This document shows, piece by piece, positions 38,430 through 46,299 of a stretch of 50,832 nucleotides of DNA. The notes beneath the pieces were generated by a model. That model saw nothing but the letters and a program-made list of their open reading frames with translations, did not search any database and was not told the origin of the DNA. Source of the DNA: a virus (Duplodnaviria > Caudoviricetes). The stretch lies in the IMG/VR virus record IMGVR_UViG_3300009506_000047, positions 1 through 50,832 of that record. The stretch is one strand, 5' to 3'. The position numbers and the translations under genes were made by a program. The first letter of the stretch is position 1. Each line of letters opens with the position of its first letter.

Positions 38430-38639
38430 TCAATATCCCATTTCCAGATTAGGATTCCTGTCCTCCGCCACAATTGAGCTATCCTCTAATTTGCTGGCAG
38501 GCTCAATAACTACCGTTGGTTGAAGCATAGTAATAGCTTTCTGTATCTGGAATTCCAGAGCTAATACCCTATGCTTGATTGCCAGCACATCTGATAATGC
38601 CTCACCTAAAAGCTGAATCGCTTCGTTGTTTGTATTCAT
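38430..38639 (-). CDS. Hypothetical protein, paralog of 40914-41126
   Basis: LGEALSD..ALEFQIQKAI..NLEMGY shared. Confidence 0.75.
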   Translation of the reverse strand: MNTNNEAIQLLGEALSDVLAIKHRVLALEFQIQKAITMLQPTVVIEPASKLEDSSIVAEDRNPNLEMGY

Positions 38640-38657
38640 TGAAAATTTCCTTTATCG

Positions 38658-38788
38658 GTTACGATTTCGTAACTTGGATAAGTACCACTTTCAGAACTTG
38701 GATAAATATTTTCAAGTATCGCTTTCGGAACTTACCAAGTTACGATTTCAGAACCTATTCCTTGATTATCAAGTATCACTTTCGGAAC
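38658..38788. repeat. Five copies of a 16-bp quasi-palindrome (GTTACGATTTCGTAAC-like)
   Basis: Copies start at 38658, 38682, 38716, 38739 and 38773. Confidence 0.85.
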
Positions 38789-38799
38789 TACTTTAATTA

Positions 38800-39159
38800 T
38801 TAATTGCCAGTAAGGGGCCTATCTTTATCATGCAACCATAACCAATCTAAATTAGCTTTATATTGATTTGGCTTATTACATAAACGTCCATGATTTATTT
38901 CAATAAAACCACCGGCGGCAAGTTCCTCAATACATTTTTTAATCATTTCTCGCCTATATCCTGTAATCTCAATTATTTGAGAATATGTGAATATGAAGCT
39001 CTTTTGTTCTTCACCCCCACGTTTCCATTCAGTCATCAAGACAATATAAAGCCATCTAGCATGGACTGATAATTGATTCAATTCTTTTGATCTTATTGTT
39101 CGTCTTGGAAGCATCAAATATGCCTCAACATTACTTTTGCGTTCTTTCTTGCGTGCCAT
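38800..39159 (-). CDS. Winged-helix DNA-binding protein, replication-initiator-like
   Basis: LSVHARWLYIVL...FTYSQI..ITG..R..IKKCIEELAAGGFI. Confidence 0.75.
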   Translation of the reverse strand: MARKKERKSNVEAYLMLPRRTIRSKELNQLSVHARWLYIVLMTEWKRGGEEQKSFIFTYSQIIEITGYRREMIKKCIEELAAGGFIEINHGRLCNKPNQYKANLDWLWLHDKDRPLTGN

Positions 39160-39278
39160 TTCTCACCTCTACAGATAGGTGGGCCAAGGTCTGTAGTCGG
39201 GCTGGCTGGACCCCCCTGGCCCGAAGCCACTTTTCATTTATGAGTCAATTAACCATATTATCATGCTTGTCTCCTTGT

Positions 39279-40138
39279 TTATTGGAGCGGCCGGGTCGGT
39301 TCTGCCCCGCCTGTTATAGACTGGTCGTCTAATCCCGTCTGCTTCGGCGGCCGCTTCTTGCCTTTATACATGCCAATTCCAAGTTCGTCTATTCTGCTAT
39401 ATGGTATTTCTGGAACGGTCAACCTACTGCGCCACATTGGGTCTAGGAAGTAAATATATCGGATTTGATAGCCTTCTAGTGGTTTAAAGCCTGCCTCTAC
39501 AAATGGACGCATAGTTGAGCCGCCATTAGTGCCAACGGCATATCCTATTGCGCCAATACCGGGTCTGTCAGACCCGGTATGAATAATATTTCTGCCCTTC
39601 GTTTGGCTAAATCTTGTCACCAAACGAAGGGCAGACGCTTGTTCGTTTTTTGATCTATGATCCGTCAAGCTCATTCTGTCTATTCCAGAATGAGCTTCGT
39701 CAGGTGCAATCCATATCTGGTCATTCTCTTTAATGCCTGTTAATACAAACCCCGATGCCCTGTATATAATGCCATCTCCGCATCGAGTAGATCTGCAAAA
39801 GATATAACCCATTTAATATGTGGATAATATTTTCTCAATAATCGCATTGATATTGAAATAGCTCTACTTTCGCCATTTCTTGGTAGCCAGTCAGCCAATG
39901 CCATGCGATTCAGTTCAATAAATTCATTCCATTTAGTTCCTGATACTAACGGCATAATCTTTCTTTTATCCAATGACGGCCCAAACTGTAAAGCCCCGCC
40001 ACATTGCCCATCTAAAAATACGCCAAAATGAATTTGACTATTATTAACCACTTTCCCACTATAATGCAATTTCCTGATAATTTCCCGCGCATCTTTAGAC
40101 GATATAGGCTTTATGATTATATCCTTAGCTGATGCCAT
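39279..40138 (-). CDS. mom: Mom-like DNA adenine hypermodification enzyme (GNAT fold), split by a frameshift near 39790
   Basis: HYSGK, ELNRM, ESRAIS and WVISFAD in ORF 39740-40138 continue as [14 protein letters not shown] in ORF 39279-39812. Confidence 0.8.
39283..39354 (-). tRNA. tRNA-Gly-like element overlapping the 3' end of the mom-like gene
   Basis: 7-bp acceptor stem GCGGCCG/CGGCCGC plus U discriminator and CCA; anticodon-like arm with CC; non-canonical D and T arms. Confidence 0.7.
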
Positions 40139-40736
40139 TGAACGTCTCCGCTATTCTGGCAAGCGCATTGCCGTTGCTGTTATCATTCCCGGTATCAATA
40201 AAGTATCCCATATCTTTAGCTTTCTCTAATGCCTTTTTAACTTCCTCAGCTTGGTCATCTGACAGCGTGAAGGTCATCTGTTGAAATGGTGCGCGGTCGC
40301 CTGATGGCAAAGTCGGGAAGCCAGCCTCGTCAACATCCCATCTATCTGGCAAATTATCAAACCCCACGTCTTTGATGTCAATATCAAACGCCTGTAATTC
40401 TGCCAGCTCAACCTGTAGCAAGTCAGTGTCCCAGGCAGATTCATTAGATTTATTATCCAGTATCCTCAATGCCTTCGCCTGAGCGTCTGTCAAGTCTTCC
40501 CGATAGACAACAGGGACGGTATCCTCTCCAAGTTGTTTAGCGGCTTCCACGCGGCAATGACCAATGATGAGGGTATATTCCTTGTCAACGCATAGCGGCT
40601 GAGTCCAGCCAAAGTCCAGCAGAGATTGCTTGACCAAATCTATTTGGCTCTGCGGGTGTATCTTTGGATTCGTCTTGTATGGCTTTATCTGCGATATTTG
40701 TATGTCTTTAGCATCCAGATGCCTTGGTATCATCAT
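40125..40736 (-). CDS. ParB/Sulfiredoxin-like N-terminal domain protein
   Basis: [34 protein letters not shown]. Confidence 0.9.
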   Translation of the reverse strand: MMIPRHLDAKDIQISQIKPYKTNPKIHPQSQIDLVKQSLLDFGWTQPLCVDKEYTLIIGHCRVEAAKQLGEDTVPVVYREDLTDAQAKALRILDNKSNESAWDTDLLQVELAELQAFDIDIKDVGFDNLPDRWDVDEAGFPTLPSGDRAPFQQMTFTLSDDQAEEVKKALEKAKDMGYFIDTGNDNSNGNALARIAETFNGIS

Positions 40737-40917
40737 TCCCTCTTACATATTCAGCTATTTCACCGACTATCTCTTTATATGCCTGTTCCAATACAGATGT
40801 ATCCAGCCCTTCTGGAATATCTTCATCATCTGCTATATTATGTTCATCATAGAATAACTCGAGCAGTTCCAGATAGGTATCAATTTTGTTTGCTATTTCA
40901 AGTCTGCGTTCAATCAT
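40708..40917 (-). CDS. Hypothetical acidic protein
   Basis: 69 aa ORF, overlap-coupled. Confidence 0.6.
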   Translation of the reverse strand: MIERRLEIANKIDTYLELLELFYDEHNIADDEDIPEGLDTSVLEQAYKEIVGEIAEYVRGNDDTKASGC

Positions 40918-41126
40918 TTATACCCCATTTCCAGATTGATGTTACTATCTTCTGCCATAATTGACTTGCCATCCGACTTGCTTGCATATTCAACAATAAC
41001 CTCCGGTTCAAGCATCGCGATTGCCTTTTGTATCTGAAATTCCAGTGCCATGATGCGACATTTCATTGCCATTATATCAGATAGCGCCTCGCCAAGTATT
41101 TGAGTAACTTCATTTTGTGAATTCAT
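40914..41126 (-). CDS. Hypothetical protein, paralog of 38430-38639
   Basis: Shared motifs along the whole length. Confidence 0.75.
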   Translation of the reverse strand: MNSQNEVTQILGEALSDIMAMKCRIMALEFQIQKAIAMLEPEVIVEYASKSDGKSIMAEDSNINLEMGYK

Positions 41127-41249
41127 TTAATATGCCCTCACGATTAGAATAACGCCAGCGATAAACAAAATAAGGATGATAGCAGCAATAAGGCAGCTCT
41201 TCCAGAATAAATTTGCAAAGGCATCAGAAACGCGTTGTATGATTTTCAT
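41127..41249 (-). CDS. Small membrane peptide (40 aa)
   Basis: Hand-translated MKIIQRVSDAFANLFWKSCLIAAIILILFIAGVILIVRAY. Confidence 0.6.
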   Translation of the reverse strand: MKIIQRVSDAFANLFWKSCLIAAIILILFIAGVILIVRAY

Positions 41250-41402
41250 ATCAAGCCCTTCTTCCGCCATACTGACGCACATCCTGCGACAAAGTCTAGA
41301 AATCCCCGGAAATATTCATGAGTTTGTGAACCTGTATCGGCTAGACTGTATAGCGTAGAATCACTCACCCACATACTAAGTATGGCCGAATGATTCAGGA
41401 TT

Positions 41403-41579
41403 TTATCTATCGTTTCTCTTTGGTTCAACTTTGACAAATTTCAATGTCCTCAATTCCCTAACTCTATCAATCTCATCTATCTGTAAATCGAAGCCTTGCC
41501 GCGTCATAAATGCCTTATATGCGGCCTCGAATTTGCGGTCAATATGCTTGCTGGAATAGGTTAGTTTAACTTCGTTCAT
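41403..41579 (-). CDS. Small hypothetical protein (58 aa)
   Basis: Hand-translated; GGAGG RBS. Confidence 0.55.
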   Translation of the reverse strand: MNEVKLTYSSKHIDRKFEAAYKAFMTRQGFDLQIDEIDRVRELRTLKFVKVEPKRNDR

Positions 41580-41815
41580 TTCTGTGCCTCCTGGACCATC
41601 TGCTGCACTTCCTGAATGATAATCTCAATGCCTTTGCGGATGCCCTTGACAGCCTCTTCCATTGCGTCATAATCCAACTTGATATTGATTAGCATACCGG
41701 CATAGGTAAAAGAAAGCTCAACATATTCTTTTGCTCCATGCGCCTCAATGGTAGGTATGCCTGAGGCGATAATTTGTTCTACCAATTTATCCAATGATTT
41801 AATATTCATAGCCAA
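41576..41815 (-). CDS. Hypothetical protein
   Basis: 79 aa ORF. Confidence 0.65.
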   Translation of the reverse strand: MAMNIKSLDKLVEQIIASGIPTIEAHGAKEYVELSFTYAGMLINIKLDYDAMEEAVKGIRKGIEIIIQEVQQMVQEAQK

Positions 41816-42063
41816 TCCCCTTTTACTTTATCTAATTCTACCAATATTTCCCTGCTTGACCTACGTTCCATATTTGTGACATCCATAGTCCGCATAATAA
41901 CATAGCGACTATTTGCACACTTCCATGATACCCGGCAACCTTCTGATTCCATGCGCCTGAATATATCTGTAAGCTCAGACTTATATAACGGCTTGGTAAT
42001 CGGTATTGTTTTGATATTTTCCTGTATTGCCATTAATTTTACCCGCCTTGCCAAACTTGCCAC
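41806..42063 (-). CDS. Hypothetical protein
   Basis: 85 aa ORF. Confidence 0.55.
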   Translation of the reverse strand: MASLARRVKLMAIQENIKTIPITKPLYKSELTDIFRRMESEGCRVSWKCANSRYVIMRTMDVTNMERRSSREILVELDKVKGDWL

Positions 42064-42131
42064 GCCTGGCTTGCTTGCGCTTTTTTATTTTTGGCTTAGG
42101 TTTCTTTTTCATTTATAGAACCCCGAATCGT

Positions 42132-42611
42132 TTAATCCCGTTCATCTATTGCCTCGGCAGAAATGCCAGCTATTTTGATAAGAGCGGCTTTATAAGATTT
42201 CATTTTCGCAGTCGTATCCGTATTCTCATTCCACAATGTGGCATATCGGAGTTTGAGGTCATCTAATGATTTTTGTAGCTCAGCATCCGGGATTGCTGTT
42301 GACTTTTGTGGTTCCGCCTTCTCTTCTGCCAATAATGGTGTATCATGCTTTTCACCAAGCATATAATAGCCATGCGCCTCAATCTCATTGTCTATTAGTT
42401 TCCAGAATTTGTCAAATGCAATCCTATCATTAGTAATTAAATGTCGCCACTCTGGATTAACTTTTGCAGCTATTTCTGAATACATAGCAGATAAATTTAT
42501 TCCTTTTTCCCTTAATTCTACTGTTGTAAAATCATGCGGAACGGAAAGAAACGGCTGTAAATTATTTTCTCTCAATACTTCCACTGTCGCTTCGGCTATT
42601 GTCATGGTCAT
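42132..42611 (-). CDS. Hypothetical protein
   Basis: 159 aa ORF after a promoter. Confidence 0.7.
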   Translation of the reverse strand: MTMTIAEATVEVLRENNLQPFLSVPHDFTTVELREKGINLSAMYSEIAAKVNPEWRHLITNDRIAFDKFWKLIDNEIEAHGYYMLGEKHDTPLLAEEKAEPQKSTAIPDAELQKSLDDLKLRYATLWNENTDTTAKMKSYKAALIKIAGISAEAIDERD

Positions 42612-42672
42612 TCCCCTTTTTATTAATGCAGGCTATACCCCCCGGCGAGGGTCTAATACAAGGTACATTTAT

Positions 42673-42700
42673 ATTATATAACTTTTTTCTATTTTGTCAA
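42673..42700 (-). promoter_or_regulatory. sigma70 promoter TTGACA-16-TATAAT
   Basis: Intergenic, read directly. Confidence 0.75.
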
Positions 42701-42752
42701 TAAGTTTTTCTAGGCACTACCTTAAAAATGTTTACCATAATTTCATTTGGTA

Positions 42753-43265
42753 TCATAAATGCACCACCTTCCAATCATCGCCCAATATTTCAGCCAACTT
42801 GTCTGCCAGAATAGACCTATGACATTTCGCATGGTCTATCTCAGCACAAAGTAAACATGTTGGTTTACCTATAGCGAATATGTCATCAATAGAAATATTG
42901 ATCTGTTCCCTATTTCGGTGCAGGAATCTTTTATACTGTTGTGGCCAGTCATTCCTAAAATAGTTCCCATAAAATGACCAATGCTCATAGCCAATGCCAT
43001 GCTCATTCAATAATTTCTGAATAGGCTCGCCTGGCCTATATTGATATAATCTTGCCCCGCTATCATGTCGCCGGACGTCAATAATAAATCTTACTCCTGC
43101 ATCTTTGAGAATCTTTATCAACTCGTCAGGCTTCCTATTGCCGTACCCGATTGTATATAGCTTATCATCTGTCATAAAGCCCGCATCCTGAGCCAGGTTT
43201 AAATCCTCAATATCTGCCCTATCATTTATTTGTCCTATGCCGATATTATTAACTTTACCTTTCAT
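42753..43265 (-). CDS. DUF488 family protein
   Basis: LYTIGY...IIDVRR...CLLCAE.D..KCHRSIL. Confidence 0.85.
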   Translation of the reverse strand: MKGKVNNIGIGQINDRADIEDLNLAQDAGFMTDDKLYTIGYGNRKPDELIKILKDAGVRFIIDVRRHDSGARLYQYRPGEPIQKLLNEHGIGYEHWSFYGNYFRNDWPQQYKRFLHRNREQINISIDDIFAIGKPTCLLCAEIDHAKCHRSILADKLAEILGDDWKVVHL

Positions 43266-43526
43266 CTAATCACCATCCTTTATCCGCTCCGGCCACAACC
43301 CAAATGCCTTCAATTTGGGCATCGCCCATCTCTGGGCATCTAGGATTGACATATCAAGTAATTCTGCCAACTTGCCTATACTTATATTGCCATTGGCATA
43401 TTCCTTGAAGTATTCCTCTTGTTTGTCAGCATCAGCCCATAGTAAATCTGCTGCACTAACTTGATAAAATCCCGCCATGGTATCCCTTAACTTATTGGCG
43501 ACTTTTTCCGACATTTCGACTTTCAT
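43266..43526 (-). CDS. UPF0175-like HTH protein
   Basis: YANGNISIGKLAELLDMS. Confidence 0.6.
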   Translation of the reverse strand: MKVEMSEKVANKLRDTMAGFYQVSAADLLWADADKQEEYFKEYANGNISIGKLAELLDMSILDAQRWAMPKLKAFGLWPERIKDGD

Positions 43527-43808
43527 CTAATCACCATCCTTGTATTCACATTTCAAAAGATATGCCAGCATCCCTTTGATAAGTCCTTCTTGTACTTTAT
43601 CCCTATCAATCTTCATTTGTTTGGCTGTATAGCGCATCACTTCCCGGCCGCAATATTCAGCGATAAAGCACCATGCCTTTTCACAATCACATTCTTTTGA
43701 GTCCGCCCCATGCTCGCACATAGTTGCCTCGTAGCCAAAGTAGAACTTATGATGTCCTGCGGATGCTCCGGCATAGTCACTGGCATGATAAAAGTCAACT
43801 TTTGCCAT
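43527..43808 (-). CDS. Hypothetical protein
   Basis: 93 aa, bounded by 18-bp junction repeats. Confidence 0.7.
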   Translation of the reverse strand: MAKVDFYHASDYAGASAGHHKFYFGYEATMCEHGADSKECDCEKAWCFIAEYCGREVMRYTAKQMKIDRDKVQEGLIKGMLAYLLKCEYKDGD

Positions 43809-43822
43809 CTAATCACCATCCT

Positions 43823-44011
43823 TTACACTCCGCACCAATCAGCCAATTCGCGGATCGCCATCTCATATTCCTCAGCCGTCAGGTTAAACTTTTCCAGAAT
43901 AGACCTACCTATTCTATACTCATTCATCCCTGTGCCTATCTTCCACTTGCGGAACAGCCCCCGCCAGTCATCCCGTTGAAGTTGCTGTAGTTCAAATAGT
44001 TTATCGGTCAT
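43823..44011 (-). CDS. Hypothetical protein
   Basis: Likely start MTDKLF, with an AAGGAG RBS. Confidence 0.6.
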   Translation of the reverse strand: MTDKLFELQQLQRDDWRGLFRKWKIGTGMNEYRIGRSILEKFNLTAEEYEMAIRELADWCGV

Positions 44012-44492
44012 TGGTTGTCTCCTTATCGTGGAATTTTGCGTGACAATTGGCGCACAACACAATCAAATCTCCTGCTAATTCCTGCCCCAATCGCCCATAC
44101 GTCCTGTGGTGAGTGTGAAGCTCACCATCTTTATTACATAGCTGACAACGGTTGCCAGCCCATTGTTTGGCTTTTACTGATAGCTCTTTCCAATGGTCTG
44201 ATTGAAGATACTCTTGGTAGCTGCCATAACCTGCAAAAGAAGGTTTCTCTTTGAATTCATTAATTGCTTTTTTAGCATCCTCGATAAATCCAGCCAATCT
44301 GCAATTTTCACCACCAGGGTCGCATAGACTAGAGCCAGATTCATCAGCACATCTGGAATTTGTGCCAGCCTTTATCAAATATGGGCAACTATCCAGGCAT
44401 ATAACCCCTATCCCCTCTATTAAGCCACCACTTTTATGAATATCACTTTCTCTGCAAGTTATTTGCACCGTGTTATATGTCCATCTGCTCAT
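44001..44492 (-). CDS. HNH endonuclease-domain protein
   Basis: YLQSDHW..RCQLC..LHTHHRTY..LIVLCANCHAKFH. Confidence 0.88.
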   Translation of the reverse strand: MSRWTYNTVQITCRESDIHKSGGLIEGIGVICLDSCPYLIKAGTNSRCADESGSSLCDPGGENCRLAGFIEDAKKAINEFKEKPSFAGYGSYQEYLQSDHWKELSVKAKQWAGNRCQLCNKDGELHTHHRTYGRLGQELAGDLIVLCANCHAKFHDKETTNDR

Positions 44493-44496
44493 TTTC

Positions 44497-46299
44497 TCAC
44501 CTCACTGTAGGCACTAGCCTTGCGCTAGTTTGTAAGAACATTAAATCCTCATATTCCCCGACATTATAACCATGTGATGCCTTTAATAAATATAGCTTCC
44601 TAAACTGTTTTTCCTCTTCTTCTTTTGCCAGGCCGAGAATAATTCTGGCATCAGCATCAATAATTCCTGAATCTCTGGCAAAACCAAGCCTAACTTCACC
44701 GTTCATGCCCTGCCTACTGTATTGCACAAGTCCCAAGACAGCTACATCTTTTTCTTTGGCAAATTTAACAATATCATTTGATACTTTGGACATCTTGACG
44801 TAAGGATCCCCCTTCTCCTGCACCAGACCAATATAATCTATAATGACCAGTCCGATTTGTTCCGGGCATTGTTCATATATTCTAACTATTTCATCAACTG
44901 GAACCGGGCCAGAGTCCACGCAAAAGATTTTATTATATGGCTTTGTTTTTAGTTTGTTGACCAAATACTCAGCATCATTCTTTCTGTAGGCATCCTCTAC
45001 TTCAAAAGGCGATATGATATTTAACATGCTCAACATTCTGAAATAAAGCCGCATAGGAGACATCTCCAATGAAATCATCAAAGAACCAATCCCTTGTTGC
45101 TCAATTAAATTTAATTGGATGCTCTGTGCTAATGCAGTCTTGCCTACACCAGTAAATGCTTGAATATATGCCACCTCTCCGGGACCCAAGCCCCCAGAAT
45201 TCTTATCTATTTTAGGATAACCAAACTTTATTCGCCGCTTGTCCATATCCTTGATATAGTCTGCGGCTACTTTATGAGCATGTTCCCATGTCATAAACTC
45301 GTAATCTCGTTTTTGCAAGTCTTTATATTTGTAAATATCAGCTACTGTTTTAATGATTTTATCTTTTGGGTACTTAGGATCACTTTGTAGCGGTGGTGTA
45401 TTATTCAAATCCCATGCTAAAAAAATCTCAAGAGCTATATCTTGCGGAATTCCTTTGGATTTAAGGTAGCCAATTAGCCTAGTTAGCGATGGAGTCCGTT
45501 CTCCTACCCCTAAGCCACCGGATATAAGTTTTGATACCCATTTATCTTCATCCGACAATATTCGGGTTTCTTCTGTTGGCTCTGGTCTTGATACCAGTTT
45601 GACCATATCGGCTAATTTACCGAAGTATTCATCCGGGTAAATCTTCCGGTCAATATCTAACCGCATCTCTTTTGCCAGCCATTTAATATCATTGACATTT
45701 TTACATAAAAGGATTTCATCCGGTGTCAATTCAATTTTATAAAGCCCTTCGCCTCTATGCTTTGTATTCGATAATCTAAATAGTCTCACCTTGTCATATA
45801 ATGATATATCTGTAATGGTGTCACCTGATAACTCTCTGGCCAATTCTTTAGACTGCAAATTAAATTTTCCAGATGGCACAAGACCGAAAAGTTCCGTTGG
45901 TACACCAATATGAAAACCTTTTTCCCCTGAGAAATAACACCTTATCAATTCATCAATGTTGAGCTCAAATATCAACATCAACCTATTGAGTATATCCTGT
46001 GCTTTCTGGAGCGACTTTTCCAATTCCTTTTCATCTGAGTCTATATCCAGCCAGATAAAGTCGCTGTATAAATCCCCGTCATATCCTTCTACTGTTCGCT
46101 TATCGTATTTCTTTGGTGCTTCGATATTGACGTATTTATGGAATTCCTCAGTGAATCTAAAATGGCTACGATAACACTCGAATCTATTGGATTTGTCAAT
46201 TATCCCGTTAATTTCAGAAAGTTTAACGACCCTATCTCTTGGTGCTTTCCCCAATCCACCAGTAACCAATTCGCAATATTCAAACTCAGAATACTTCAT
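44497..46299 (-). CDS. AEP-type primase fused to PriCT and a DnaB-like (SF4) helicase
   Basis: WLDID; FSGEKGFH; GERTPSL; AFTGVGKT; SLEM; VIIDY. Confidence 0.9.
   Translation of the reverse strand: MKYSEFEYCELVTGGLGKAPRDRVVKLSEINGIIDKSNRFECYRSHFRFTEEFHKYVNIEAPKKYDKRTVEGYDGDLYSDFIWLDIDSDEKELEKSLQKAQDILNRLMLIFELNIDELIRCYFSGEKGFHIGVPTELFGLVPSGKFNLQSKELARELSGDTITDISLYDKVRLFRLSNTKHRGEGLYKIELTPDEILLCKNVNDIKWLAKEMRLDIDRKIYPDEYFGKLADMVKLVSRPEPTEETRILSDEDKWVSKLISGGLGVGERTPSLTRLIGYLKSKGIPQDIALEIFLAWDLNNTPPLQSDPKYPKDKIIKTVADIYKYKDLQKRDYEFMTWEHAHKVAADYIKDMDKRRIKFGYPKIDKNSGGLGPGEVAYIQAFTGVGKTALAQSIQLNLIEQQGIGSLMISLEMSPMRLYFRMLSMLNIISPFEVEDAYRKNDAEYLVNKLKTKPYNKIFCVDSGPVPVDEIVRIYEQCPEQIGLVIIDYIGLVQEKGDPYVKMSKVSNDIVKFAKEKDVAVLGLVQYSRQGMNGEVRLGFARDSGIIDADARIILGLAKEEEEKQFRKLYLLKASHGYNVGEYEDLMFLQTSARLVPTVR

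Noticed and set aside
38658-38788. Mini-CRISPR array or canonical parS sites
   Set aside because: The gaps are only 7-18 bp and the repeats are degenerate. The sequence does not match TGTTTCACGTGAAACA, and the nearby ParB-like protein has no evident HTH domain.
39283-39354. Canonical translational tRNA or attP remnant
   Set aside because: It lacks the TTC T-loop, U8 and U33. Both halves of the acceptor stem are present and no integrase was found, so it is not a typical att fragment.
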